Source of the DNA: an uncultured Caulobacteraceae bacterium
GTDB taxonomy: Bacteria; Pseudomonadota; Alphaproteobacteria; Caulobacterales; Caulobacteraceae
Direction: 5' to 3'
Assembly (NCBI GenBank): GCA_903872075.1
Contig: CAIQJF010000004.1
Span: 94,307 to 158,306, forward strand
Length of the DNA stretch: 64,000 nucleotides
The translations under genes and the position numbers were made by a program. Under the pieces are notes generated by a model, which searched no databases, was not told where the DNA came from, and worked only from the letters and a program-made list of their open reading frames with translations. Shown piece by piece: positions 18,000 to 27,866 of this stretch (position 1 is the first letter of the stretch; each line of letters begins with the position of its first letter).

Positions 18000-18811
18000 A
18001 TGCAGACTGTCCGTCTCGGCCGCACCAACGTGGAGGTCAGCGTCGCCGGCCTCGGCTGCGGCGGCCACAGCCGCCTGGGCATGGCGCGCGGCGCCGACGC
18101 GCATCAGGCCGCCGATGTGGTTCGCCGCGCCCTGGATCTGGGCGTCAGCTTCATCGACACCGCCCGCGCCTATGGCACGGAGGCGGCCGTGGGCGAGGCG
18201 ATCGCGGGGCGGCGGGACGCGGTGTTCCTGTCGACCAAGGCCGGCGTGGGCGCCGGCGGACAGTTGGTCGGCGCGGCGGAGCTGGCGGAGAGCCTGGAGG
18301 GGTCGCTGCGGCGGCTGGGGGTCGACCATGTGGACCTGTTCCACCTGCATGGCGTCCAGCCCGGTCAATACGATCATTGCGCCCAGGTGCTGGTTCCCGA
18401 ACTGAAGCGCCAGCAGGCGGCCGGGAAGATCCGCTTCCTGGGGATCACCGAACAGTTCGGCGGCGACACCGGCCACGCCATGCTGCCCCGGGCGCTGGCC
18501 GACGATCATTTCGACGTGGTCATGGTGGGCTTCAACCTGATCAATCCCTCGTCGCGCGAGCGGGTGTTCCCCCTGACCCGGGCGATCCGCTGGGGTTCCT
18601 GCGCGACCCCGCCGTCGCCGGCTCGGTGGTGGAAGCCGCCTATCGCTTCTGCCGCCATGAGCCGGGGGCGCACGTGGTGCTCACAGGCACCGGGAACTTG
18701 GCGCATCTGGAGGCGAATGTCGCCGCCATCCAGGCGCCGCCGTTGCCGGTGGAGGTTCAGGCGCGGCTGGCGGGGCTGTTTGGGCGGGTGGATAGTGTTT
18801 CGGGGAACTAG
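18000..18811 (+). pseudogene. Aldo/keto reductase, frameshifted by an internal deletion near 18580
   Basis: N-half (LGCGG, FIDTARAYG, LSTK, DHVDLFHLH) and C-terminal part (GDPLGFL...VVLTGTGNLAHLEANV) lie in different frames; the intervening region appears missing. Confidence 0.8.
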
Positions 18812-18886
18812 GGGGGCGTCGCGCCGAGAGCGACATCGCGGTGGAAGGTTGCTATTCTGACCCGGCCCTCAGACGGGAGACGCATC

Positions 18887-19120
18887 ATGCTGGCCGACCT
18901 TGAGACCCGCATCACCTTCGACCCGAACCAATGTGGGGGGCGTCCGTGCGTGCGCGGCTTTCGCCTGCGGGTGACCGACGTGCTCGATATGCTCGCCAGC
19001 GGCGCCTCTCAGGAGGAGATTCTGTCGGACTATGAATTCCTTGAACCGGCCGACATTCGCGCCTGTCTCCACTACGCCTCTCGCCAACTCGACCACCCGG
19101 TGCTGATCGCCGCCGGCTGA
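18887..19120 (+). CDS. DUF433 family antitoxin
   Basis: RITFDPNQCGGRPCVRGFRLRVTDVLDML motif. Confidence 0.9.
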   Translation: MLADLETRITFDPNQCGGRPCVRGFRLRVTDVLDMLASGASQEEILSDYEFLEPADIRACLHYASRQLDHPVLIAAG

Positions 19121-19127
19121 TCGGCCC

Positions 19128-19457
19128 GTGCGCTTCCTGGTCGATGCGAACCTGCCTCGCCGCCTTGCCGAGTGGCTGGTTCTGCGTGGCCACGAGAGCG
19201 ACCACGTGCTGGATCTCGGCCTCGCGCGAAGCGTGGACGGCGATCTTTGGGCCAGGTGCATTGCGACGAACGCGGTCATCGTGACCAAGGACGAGGACTT
19301 CGCCAACTGGATCAGCGCCGGGAGGCCGGGCCCCGCCGTGGTCTGGCTGCGCACCGGCAACGGGACGACACAACGCCTCATCGAAAGTCTCACGCCTGTG
19401 TTTGAGGTCGTCGAAGCGCGCCTCGCGGCCGGGGATAGGCTTGTCGAGATCCGCTGA
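19128..19457 (+). CDS. DUF5615 PIN-like toxin (VapC45-like)
   Basis: MRFLVDANLP...IVTKDEDF motif; 7 bp after DUF433. Confidence 0.9.
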   Translation: MRFLVDANLPRRLAEWLVLRGHESDHVLDLGLARSVDGDLWARCIATNAVIVTKDEDFANWISAGRPGPAVVWLRTGNGTTQRLIESLTPVFEVVEARLAAGDRLVEIR

Positions 19458-19551
19458 TTGGCGATTGCCGCGAGGCCCAGCGCCGTCCGCTGCGAGAGTT
19501 CGCAATTGCGGCCAAGGAAAACAGTGATCCGGCGGCCTGTCGCCCAGCCCC

Positions 19552-21108
19552 CTACCGCGCCAACCCCACCCCCTTTGCCAGATCCGCCGCCGCCCGGGCC
19601 GGGCCGAGCTTCTGGGTGTCGCGATCGACGCTGTAGTTGGCCGCCTGCATGGCGGCGACGGGGATGGCGCCGATCATCGGGGCCAGGGCGGCGCGCAGGC
19701 GCGCGTCGTGCGCGCGCTGGGGCGAGATCAGGATCACTGCGTCATAGGGCGGCAGGGCCTGGCGCGGATCGGCCAGGACGAGCAGGTGGTCGGCGGCGAT
19801 GCGCCCGTCGCTGGAGAAGGCCGAGATCACGTCCGCCTGGCCGTCGGCCAGGGCGCGATACATGAAGGTGGGCTGGTAGGAGGTCTGGCGCCGGAAATTC
19901 AGGCCATAGGCGCCGCGCAGGGCCGCCCATTCGGGGCGGGAGAGAAACTCCAGGTCGGAGCCGAGGGTGAGCTGCGGCGCGCGGGCGGCGAGATCGGCGA
20001 TGGAGGCGATGCCCAGCTCGCGGGCGCGGTCGGCGCGCATGACCAGGGCGTAGGCGTTCTCGAACCCCAGGGCGCCCAGGACGGTCACCCCGTCGCGGCG
20101 GGCCAGCTCAGCGGTGAGGCCCGCCAGGACGGCGGCGCGGCCGGGGTTGTCCTTGCGGCCCAGGACATTGGCCCAGAGGGTGCCGGAATAGTCCACGTAG
20201 GTGTCGATCTCGCCCGCGGCCAGGGCGCGATAGGCGGTGGCCGAGCCCAGGTCCTGTTTGATGGCGACGCGGGCGCCGCCGGCGCGCAAGGGCGAGGCCA
20301 TCAGCTCGGCCAGGATATACTGCTCGCTGAAGTTCTTGGCGCCGATCTTGTAGCCGGCCTGGGCGGGGGCGACGATCAGGGGCGAGAGCGCCACAGCGGC
20401 GCCGACCACCAAGCCGATCAGCCCGGCCCAGATCCGCCAGGGCCGGCGCGCCGTGAGGCCCGATTCCACCAGACCCAGCAGCTGATCCACCGCCAGGGCG
20501 AGGACGGCCGAGGCGACGCAACCGAACAGCACATCGACCCAGTTCTCGGTCTGCAGGCCGGCGAAGATGTAGTTGCCGAGCGAGGTCTGGCCCACCGGGG
20601 TGGCGAGGGTGGCGGCGCCGATGGTCCACACCGCCGCGGTGCGGGCGCCGGCCATGATCACCGGCGCGGCCAGGGGCAGCTCGACCTGGAAGAGGCGCTG
20701 GCGCGCGGTCATGCCCATGCCGTCGGCCGCCTCCCGCACGGCGGGATCGACGCCGCCGAGGCCCGTGACCGTATTCCGCAGGATCGGCAGCAGGGCGTAG
20801 AGGGTCAGGGCCAGGAGCGAGGGGGCGAAGCCCAGGGCGGGAAAGCCGCGGCCGAACCAGGCGAGGCTGACGGCCGAGAGGGCCAGCAGCAGGGGATAGA
20901 ACATCGCCAGCAGGGCGAGGCTCGGGATGGTCTGGATCAGGCTGGCCAGGAACAGGCTGGGCCAGCGTACCGCGGCGCTGCGGCTGGCGGCGACGCCGAG
21001 CGGCAGGCTGATGGCGAAGCCCAGGACCAGGGCGCAGAGGCTGAGCAGGACATGCTGCGAGAGATAGCCGGGCAGCAGGGCCCAGGCGGCGGCGACGCGC
21101 TCATCCAT
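19552..21108 (-). CDS. Osmoprotectant (glycine betaine/choline-type) ABC permease fused to substrate-binding domain
   Basis: EAA loop (REAADGMGMT), IGAKNFSEQYIL and YVDYSGT motifs. Confidence 0.9.
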   Translation of the reverse strand: MDERVAAAWALLPGYLSQHVLLSLCALVLGFAISLPLGVAASRSAAVRWPSLFLASLIQTIPSLALLAMFYPLLLALSAVSLAWFGRGFPALGFAPSLLALTLYALLPILRNTVTGLGGVDPAVREAADGMGMTARQRLFQVELPLAAPVIMAGARTAAVWTIGAATLATPVGQTSLGNYIFAGLQTENWVDVLFGCVASAVLALAVDQLLGLVESGLTARRPWRIWAGLIGLVVGAAVALSPLIVAPAQAGYKIGAKNFSEQYILAELMASPLRAGGARVAIKQDLGSATAYRALAAGEIDTYVDYSGTLWANVLGRKDNPGRAAVLAGLTAELARRDGVTVLGALGFENAYALVMRADRARELGIASIADLAARAPQLTLGSDLEFLSRPEWAALRGAYGLNFRRQTSYQPTFMYRALADGQADVISAFSSDGRIAADHLLVLADPRQALPPYDAVILISPQRAHDARLRAALAPMIGAIPVAAMQAANYSVDRDTQKLGPARAAADLAKGVGLAR

Positions 21109-21868
21109 GGGCGACGCCCGCGGCCAGGGCTTCCAGGCGCCGCATCTGGCGGCGCGGCGTCTGCATCAGGGCGCGGACGCGGGGATCGGCGTGGCCCTCC
21201 AGCAGGGCGCCGGGCGGGCCGTCGGCGACAACATGCCCGGCGTCGAGCACGACGATGCGATCGGCCAGGAGCAGGGCCTCCATGACATCGTGGGTGACCA
21301 TCACCGTGGTCACGCCCAGGCGATCGTGCAGGGCCCGATAGTCGACGCCCAGCGCATCGCGGGTGACCGGATCGAGGGCGCCGAAGGGCTCGTCCATCAG
21401 CATCAACTCCGGCCCGGCGGCCAGGGCGCGGGCCAGGCCCACGCGCTGGCGCTGGCCGCCGGAGAGGGCGGCGGGCAAGCGCTGGCCGATGTCCGCCGGC
21501 AGGGCGACGAGGCCCAGGAGTTCGGTGACGCGGGCGGCGGTGCGGTCAGGCGGCCAGCCGGCGAGGCGCGGCCCGACCTCGATGTTGCGGGCGATGGTGA
21601 AGTGGGGAAACAGGCCCACGTCCTGGAACACATAGCCGATCCGGCGGCGCAGGGCGGAGAGCGGCTCGGCCCCCACCGCCGCGCCGGCCACGGACACCTT
21701 CCCCGCGTCGGGGAGGATCAGGCCGTTGATCATCTTCAGGGTCGTGGTCTTGCCGCAGCCCGAGGCGCCGAGCAGGGCGACGAACTGGCCCCTGGCGATG
21801 GCGAAATTCAGCGGCCCGACGACGCGGCGGCCGTCATAGCTCTTCGAGACGCCGTGGAAAGTGATCAT
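21101..21868 (-). CDS. Osmoprotectant ABC transporter ATP-binding subunit
   Basis: Start trimmed to MITFHGVSK; GASGCGKTT, LSGGQ and MDEPFGALD motifs. Confidence 0.9.
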   Translation of the reverse strand: MITFHGVSKSYDGRRVVGPLNFAIARGQFVALLGASGCGKTTTLKMINGLILPDAGKVSVAGAAVGAEPLSALRRRIGYVFQDVGLFPHFTIARNIEVGPRLAGWPPDRTAARVTELLGLVALPADIGQRLPAALSGGQRQRVGLARALAAGPELMLMDEPFGALDPVTRDALGVDYRALHDRLGVTTVMVTHDVMEALLLADRIVVLDAGHVVADGPPGALLEGHADPRVRALMQTPRRQMRRLEALAAGVAHG

Positions 21869-22007
21869 GAGGTCAGGGGTACCACCGGCCGGTCCCGGGG
21901 GCGAGGCGCCGCGGCCGGTCTGGGTAGTTTCCGACGCTTCTATCCGTCCCGCCGCGGGGGTCATGCTGAAGGTCTGGTCACAGGCGTGACCAGCCGACTC
22001 GTCGGCT

Positions 22008-23108
22008 GTGAAGCGGAGCGGAACTCGCGTGGCCTCGAAGCGAACGGCCGTGATCCTGGTGGGGCTGGGAGCGCTGGCCGCCGTCGCCGCCCTGGCCGCC
22101 TGGCTGTTGCGGCCTCCGCCCAAGATCGCGGTGATCGAGATGGCCCCCAGAACCGTGGAGCGGGTGCTGTCGGTGGTGGGCCGCGTGCGCCCCGTGGGCC
22201 TGGTGGACGTGTTCTCGACCAATCCCGGCCAGGTGATCCGGATTTTCCATAACGACGGCGATATCGTCGCCGCGGGCGCGCCGCTGGCCGTGGTGCGGTT
22301 CGAGATCGAACGGGCCCAGACCGAGGCGGACCGTGCGCGGGTGCGTTCGGCGCTGGCGGCGGCGGATGTGGCGCGGCGCGACTACGCGCGTCTTCACTCC
22401 CTGGCCGGGACCGGCGCGGTGTCGGAGATGGCGGTGGACGAGTCGCGCGGCGCGATGCGCTCGACGCAGGCCGACGCCGAGGCCGCCGTCGCCACCGCCC
22501 AGGCGACGGCGGCGCGGACTCGGGAGTTCATCATCCGGGCGCCGATGGCCGGGCAGGTGCTGGCGCGGGTGATCGACAACGGTCAGGTCGTCTCGGCCAG
22601 CACCATCCTGTTCACCATGGGTTCGGCGCGGGGCGTGGAGATCCGGGCCGATGTGGACGAGGCCTATGCCGACGCGCTGCGGGCCGGGATGACGGCGCGC
22701 GCCGCCCTGACCGGATCGAAGGCGGCGTTCGCGGCGCGGGTCAGCGAGGTCTCGCCCGAGGTCAACACCTCCACAGGCGGGCGGCTGGTGAAACTGACTC
22801 CCGAGGCCGCCGCCGACGTGGCGCCCGGGCGCTCGGTGGACGTGACGATCCTGGTGGCGCGGCAGGCGAACGCGCTCGTCGCGCCGCGCCAGGCGATCCT
22901 GAACGCCGCCACCGCGCCGACGGTCTATGTGGTCGACGCGGGCGATGTGGTGCGGGCGCGGGCGGTGACGGTGGCGAACTGGCCGTCGCTGAATGCGATC
23001 GTCGAGACGGGGCTAAGGCCGGGCGACCGCGTTGTCGCCGTTCCGGCCGGCACGCGGCCGGGCGCCCGGGTGCGGCCGGTGGCCTCGCCGCCGCCGACGG
23101 GCTCCTGA
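22008..23108 (+). CDS. Efflux periplasmic adaptor (HlyD/MacA-like MFP)
   Basis: N-terminal TM, lipoyl-like halves (IRAPMAGQV), coiled hairpin. Confidence 0.85.
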   Translation: MKRSGTRVASKRTAVILVGLGALAAVAALAAWLLRPPPKIAVIEMAPRTVERVLSVVGRVRPVGLVDVFSTNPGQVIRIFHNDGDIVAAGAPLAVVRFEIERAQTEADRARVRSALAAADVARRDYARLHSLAGTGAVSEMAVDESRGAMRSTQADAEAAVATAQATAARTREFIIRAPMAGQVLARVIDNGQVVSASTILFTMGSARGVEIRADVDEAYADALRAGMTARAALTGSKAAFAARVSEVSPEVNTSTGGRLVKLTPEAAADVAPGRSVDVTILVARQANALVAPRQAILNAATAPTVYVVDAGDVVRARAVTVANWPSLNAIVETGLRPGDRVVAVPAGTRPGARVRPVASPPPTGS

Positions 23109-23112
23109 CCCG

Positions 23113-24318
23113 GTGTTCGCCTTCACCGTGGCGCGGCGGTATCTGACCTCCAACCCCTTCCAGACCGCGCTTCTGGTGGCCGGGGTGGCGCTGGGCGTGA
23201 CGGTGTTCGTGTTCATCACCGCCCTGATCCAGGGCCTGGCGATCTTCCTCACTGTCCAGGTCACCGCCAACAGCGCCCACGTCAGCCTGGAACCCGCCAC
23301 CCGCATCGCCCGGGTGATCGCGGCGTCGAACGTCGACACCGAAGCTGTGGCCCTGGTCTCGACCGCCCAGCGCCTGCAGATCCGCGAGTGGCGGTCGATC
23401 ACCGAACTGGTTCGCGCCCAGCCGGGCGTCACGGTGATCAGCCCGCAGATCTCCGGCAGCGCCTTTCTGCTCAAGGGCGAGGGGGTGGAGCCGGTGGCGG
23501 TGACCGGCATCGATCCCGACGGGCTGGACGCCATCTCGCCGATCAGCAGCAAGGTGGTCAGCGGCAGCGCGAGCCTGGGCGGCGACGGGATCCTGATCGG
23601 CCAGCGCCTGGCCGATGAGCTGGGGCTGTCGGCGGGCCAGCCGGTGCTGCTCCGCACCGACCGCGGCGGCGAGCGGCTGCTGACCGTGCGGGGCCTCTAC
23701 CGCACCGGCCTGCAGAGCCTGGACGAGCGGGTGGCGTTCATCTCGCTGCAGACGGCGCGGCCGCTGTTCAGCCTCGACGCGGGGGTGACCAATATCGAGG
23801 TGAAGCTGCAGGAGCCGCGCAAGGCGCGGGTCCTGGCGCGGTTCCTGGGCGAGGCGACGGGGCTGCGGGCCAGCTCCTGGCAGGAGAAGAACGTCAGCCT
23901 GGAGGATGGGCTGACGGCGCAGGGCGAGACCGGCCTGCTGATCCAGACCTTCTCGCTGATCTCGATCGTCATCGGCGTGTCGAGCGCCCTGGTGCTGTCG
24001 GCCCAGCGCCGCCGCAGCGAGATCGGCATCATGCGGGCGTTCGGCGTGTCGGGCGCCTTCGTGGCCGCCGTGTTCCTGCTGCAGGGGCTGGTCATCGGCC
24101 TGGTGGGGGCCCTGCTCGGCTGCGCCAGCGGCTACGGCCTGTGCGTTTGGCTGGCCCATGTGACCAAGCCGGATGGCACGCCGATCCTGCCGATCGCGCC
24201 CGAGCAGGGGGGCTATGTGGCGGCGGTGGCGCTGACCACCCTGGGCGCCGTCCTGGCCTCGCTGGCGCCGGCCCGGGCCGCGTCGCGGGTCGATCCGCTG
24301 GTGGCGATCCAGCAATGA
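23113..24318 (+). CDS. ABC transporter permease (MacB/FtsX family)
   Basis: GTG 23113; RRRSEIGIMRAFG and LLQGLVIGLVG motifs. Confidence 0.9.
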   Translation: MFAFTVARRYLTSNPFQTALLVAGVALGVTVFVFITALIQGLAIFLTVQVTANSAHVSLEPATRIARVIAASNVDTEAVALVSTAQRLQIREWRSITELVRAQPGVTVISPQISGSAFLLKGEGVEPVAVTGIDPDGLDAISPISSKVVSGSASLGGDGILIGQRLADELGLSAGQPVLLRTDRGGERLLTVRGLYRTGLQSLDERVAFISLQTARPLFSLDAGVTNIEVKLQEPRKARVLARFLGEATGLRASSWQEKNVSLEDGLTAQGETGLLIQTFSLISIVIGVSSALVLSAQRRRSEIGIMRAFGVSGAFVAAVFLLQGLVIGLVGALLGCASGYGLCVWLAHVTKPDGTPILPIAPEQGGYVAAVALTTLGAVLASLAPARAASRVDPLVAIQQ

Positions 24319-25031
24319 CCGCCGTGGTGGACGCCCGGGGGATCGAGATGGTGTTCCGCAACGGCGAGGAGGAGACCCGCGTGCTGAAGGGGATCGACCT
24401 GCGGCTTCAGCCCGGCGAGCTGGTGGCGCTGGTGGGGGCGTCGGGCTCGGGCAAGTCCACCCTGCTGTCGATCATCGGCCTGCTGCTGCGGCCCACCGGG
24501 GGCAGCCTCCGTCTGGCCGGCGAGGGTGTCGACGCCCTGTCGGAAGCCCGGCGGGCCGCGTTCCGCAACCGGCACCTGGGCTTCGTGTTTCAGTTCCACA
24601 ACCTGCTGCCGGACTTCACGGCCGTGGAGAACGTGGCCTTTCCCGCCGCCGCGCCTGCCGGCGGACTCTCCGCGGCGATGCGCAAGCGGGCCTGCGAGCT
24701 GCTGGAGCGCATGGGCCTGGCCGAGCGGATGAACTTCCGCGCCTCGCGGCTGTCGGGCGGCCAGAAGCAGCGCGTGGCGATCGCCCGCGCCCTGATGAAC
24801 CGGCCGTCTCTGGTGGTCGCCGACGAGCCCACCGGCAATCTGGACCGCGCCGCCGCCGATCAGGTGCTCGACCTGATGCGTCAGATCAACGCCGAGGAGC
24901 ACGCCACCTTCCTGATGTGCACCCACGACGAGCATGTCGCCCGCCGGTGCACACGGCGCGTGATCCTGGAGGACGGCCAGATCCAGGACCTGGCGCGCGA
25001 CGGCGTCGCGGGATCGGATGGGCTCGGCTAG
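24315..25031 (+). CDS. ABC transporter ATP-binding subunit (LolD/MacB-like)
   Basis: ATGA overlap; GASGSGKST, FVFQFHNL, LSGGQ and ADEPTGNLD motifs. Confidence 0.9.
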   Translation: MTAVVDARGIEMVFRNGEEETRVLKGIDLRLQPGELVALVGASGSGKSTLLSIIGLLLRPTGGSLRLAGEGVDALSEARRAAFRNRHLGFVFQFHNLLPDFTAVENVAFPAAAPAGGLSAAMRKRACELLERMGLAERMNFRASRLSGGQKQRVAIARALMNRPSLVVADEPTGNLDRAAADQVLDLMRQINAEEHATFLMCTHDEHVARRCTRRVILEDGQIQDLARDGVAGSDGLG

Positions 25032-25142
25032 ACGGCTGAGGCCGCGGCGGCGCCGCGCGTGGGATGGAACCCAAGGCCGCGCCACCGGTTCACCCTGGGC
25101 GGCAAATCCGGTCGCCACTGAAGATTGCGAACCGCCACGCCG

Positions 25143-25940
25143 ATGCGACTGCTGCACATGTCGGACATTCACTTCGGCGGCGAGGACGCGCCGGCCCTGG
25201 CGGCGGCGACCGCGTTCGCCAAGGCCACGCCGTTCGATCTGCTGGTGCTGACCGGCGATCTGACGCAGGTGGCCGATGACAATGAGTTCGCGGCCGTGAA
25301 GGCCTGGCTGGCGGAACTGCCCGGACCGATGCTGGCCACGCCGGGAAATCACGACACGCCGTGGATGGGGCTGGCGGAGCGCATCGCCGCGCCGTTCAGG
25401 CGCTACGCCAGGTCGGTCGGCCCGCCCGACGACAGCGGATTCGCGGCCGACGGACTGACCGCGCGGGCGATCAACAGCGCCCGCGGCTGGCAGATCCGGC
25501 TGAACTGGTCGAAGGGAGAGGTCTCGCGGGCGCAGACGTCGAAGGTGGCGAAGCGGTTCGCGGCGGCGGCGCCGGGCGCCTTGCGGGTTCTGGCCTGCCA
25601 TCATCCGCTGGTCGAGGCCGCCGGCGGACCGATGACCGGCCGGGTGCGCGGCGGCCGCCACGCCGCCAGACATCTGGAGGCGGCCGGAGTGGACCTGGTG
25701 CTGACCGGCCATCTGCATGCGCCCTTCATGCAGGCGCTGCCCTACGGCGACGGGATGACCTATGCGGTGGGGGCCTCGACCCTGTCGCTGCGGGAACGCG
25801 GCGCGCGGCCGGGATTCAATGTGATCGAGACCCGGGGCGGGGAGCTGACGGTGACGGCCATGGCCTGGGACGGTCTGGCGCTGGAGGTCGAACACACCTG
25901 GCTGGCGCCCCTGCGCCGCCGCGCCGGCGACGGGGTCTGA
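25143..25940 (+). CDS. Metallophosphoesterase (calcineurin-like, CpdA-like)
   Basis: DIH, GDLT, GNHD and GHLH motifs. Confidence 0.9.
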   Translation: MRLLHMSDIHFGGEDAPALAAATAFAKATPFDLLVLTGDLTQVADDNEFAAVKAWLAELPGPMLATPGNHDTPWMGLAERIAAPFRRYARSVGPPDDSGFAADGLTARAINSARGWQIRLNWSKGEVSRAQTSKVAKRFAAAAPGALRVLACHHPLVEAAGGPMTGRVRGGRHAARHLEAAGVDLVLTGHLHAPFMQALPYGDGMTYAVGASTLSLRERGARPGFNVIETRGGELTVTAMAWDGLALEVEHTWLAPLRRRAGDGV

Positions 25941-25943
25941 GAG

Positions 25944-26828
25944 ATGGATACCGAGGCGTCCGACCTGCTGAAGCGGCGTGTGGCGGCGGTGATCAACACC
26001 TCGAGCGGCGGCTGTGACGCCGCGGCGGAGGCGAAGCTCCGGGCGGTGTTCGATCAGGCGGGCCTCGGCCAGGCGACCGTCACGACAGTGACATCCGACG
26101 GCCTGGAGGCGGCGCTCAAGGCGGCGATCGCGGCCTGCGACGTGCTGGTGACCCTGGGCGGCGACGGCACGATCCGATCGGCGGCGGAGCGGTGCGGCGC
26201 GGCCGGCATTCCCCTGATCCCCTTGCCTGGCGGCACCATGAACATGCTGACCACGGCGCTGCACGGGTCCGCCGGCTGGGAGAAGGCTCTGGCCGACACC
26301 CTGGCCGCGCCGAAGCTGCGGACGGTGAGCGGGGGCAAGGCGCAGGGCCGGCCCTTCTATTGTGTCGCCATTCTCGGAACGCCGACCCTGTGGGCCGATG
26401 CGCGCGAGGCCGTGCGGCGGGGCGATCTGGTCGCGGCGGTCGGCCTTTCCGTGACGGCCATCCGGCGGCACGGCGCCAATCGGCTGAGCTATCGCCTGGG
26501 CGAGAATCTGACGGGCACGGCCGAGGCGGTGGCGGTGATCTGCCCCCTGGTGTCCCGGTCGATGGCGAAGGACGAGCAGGCGCTGGAGGCCGTGGCCCTC
26601 GACCCGGAAACCGCGGCCGAAGCCTTTGGCCTCGCGATGCACGCCATGATGGATGACTGGCGGCGCGATCCCTCGGTGGAGGGGGCGAAGGTCACGCGCG
26701 TCATCGTGACGGCGCACGGGCGCATTCCGCTGATCATGGACGGCGAGAAGGTCAAGCTGGACCGCAGCGTGACGATCACCTTTGAACCGGCAGCATTCCG
26801 CGCCATCACGCCGGCAGACCGCGATTGA
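25944..26828 (+). CDS. Diacylglycerol kinase family (YegS/DAGK-like) protein
   Basis: VINTSSG, GGDGT, LPGGTMN and MDGE motifs. Confidence 0.85.
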   Translation: MDTEASDLLKRRVAAVINTSSGGCDAAAEAKLRAVFDQAGLGQATVTTVTSDGLEAALKAAIAACDVLVTLGGDGTIRSAAERCGAAGIPLIPLPGGTMNMLTTALHGSAGWEKALADTLAAPKLRTVSGGKAQGRPFYCVAILGTPTLWADAREAVRRGDLVAAVGLSVTAIRRHGANRLSYRLGENLTGTAEAVAVICPLVSRSMAKDEQALEAVALDPETAAEAFGLAMHAMMDDWRRDPSVEGAKVTRVIVTAHGRIPLIMDGEKVKLDRSVTITFEPAAFRAITPADRD

Positions 26829-27487
26829 GGGCGGCGGGCGGGATCCGGGTCCTGCTGACCCTCGTGGCGGCCGCCGCGGGGCTGGCCGCCTTCGCCGCGC
26901 TCACCGATGACGTGCGCGAGGGCGGAGCCTTCGGTATCGACCGCACCCTGCTGCTGGTGTTTCGGGTTCCCGGCCATCTGGATGTCGCCGCCGGTCCCCG
27001 GTGGGTGCGGGAGGCCGCGCGGGACGTGACCGCGCTGGGCGGGTTCACGGTGCTGACCCTGGTGTCGATGTTCGCCACGGCGATGCTGCTGATCCACCGG
27101 CGGCGGCGGCAGGCGCTGGTGTTCGCCGGGACCGTCCTGTTGGCGCAGGGTCTGTCGGAAGTGCTGAAGGCCTGGATCGACCGGCCGCGTCCCCTGCTCG
27201 TGCCGCACCTGGATCTCGTCTACTCTAGCAGCTTTCCCAGCGGCCATGCGATGATGACGCCGGTGGTCTATCTGACCCTGGCCAGTGTTCTGGCCGCCGG
27301 CGCGCAGAGGCGAAGCGAGAAGACACTGCTGCTCGGCGCGGCGGTGCTGTTGACCGCCGCCGTCGGCGTCAGCCGGGTATATCTGGGCGTCCACTGGCCC
27401 ACGGACGTCCTGGGGGGCTGGTGCCTGGGCGGGGTTCTGGCGTCGGCGGCGGCGCTGGCCTTGGAGCGCGCCGCGCCCCAGATCTGA
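26825..27487 (+). CDS. PAP2 family membrane phosphatase
   Basis: K-x6-RP, SFPSGH and SRVYLGVHWPTD motifs. Confidence 0.9.
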   Translation: MRAAGGIRVLLTLVAAAAGLAAFAALTDDVREGGAFGIDRTLLLVFRVPGHLDVAAGPRWVREAARDVTALGGFTVLTLVSMFATAMLLIHRRRRQALVFAGTVLLAQGLSEVLKAWIDRPRPLLVPHLDLVYSSSFPSGHAMMTPVVYLTLASVLAAGAQRRSEKTLLLGAAVLLTAAVGVSRVYLGVHWPTDVLGGWCLGGVLASAAALALERAAPQI

Positions 27488-27529
27488 CAGCCCTCTTCCC
27501 AACCCGCCCAACCCTGCTACCTGTCGCCC

Positions 27530-27835
27530 ATGGCGAACGGCTGGCTGATCGGGGTGATGATTGAGGTGGCGGGCGAGGCCGCGCCGCTGCGGCACTTCTT
27601 CGCCGTGGGCTGCGAGGACCGCGCCCGGGCCGAATGGCGCGCGATCGACAAGGCCCTGCTGACCGGGCCGGTGGCCGCCAGCCCGGTGGGCGGGCTGGAG
27701 CCGGTCCACATGATCAGCGAACTGACGCCGCGCACCATCAAGACCCTGGCTCTGAAGGAGGGCGAGGTCCGCGCCCTGGGCTGGCGCTGGCCGCGCAAGT
27801 GGCTGGCGCTGGAGACGCCGCGGCCGAAGGACTGA
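27530..27835 (+). CDS. Hypothetical protein
   Basis: 101-aa ORF filling the gap with host-like codon usage. Confidence 0.65.
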   Translation: MANGWLIGVMIEVAGEAAPLRHFFAVGCEDRARAEWRAIDKALLTGPVAASPVGGLEPVHMISELTPRTIKTLALKEGEVRALGWRWPRKWLALETPRPKD

Positions 27836-27866
27836 GGGATCAGTCGGCGGCCGGGGTAGCGCCGTC

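Noticed and set aside
21869-22222. N-terminal extension of the ABC ATPase to 22222 and similar extensions (33911, 35421, 28670, 42121, 63056)
   Set aside because: The extensions overlap divergent genes or promoters and lack family similarity; starts were moved to the downstream ATG/GTG/TTG
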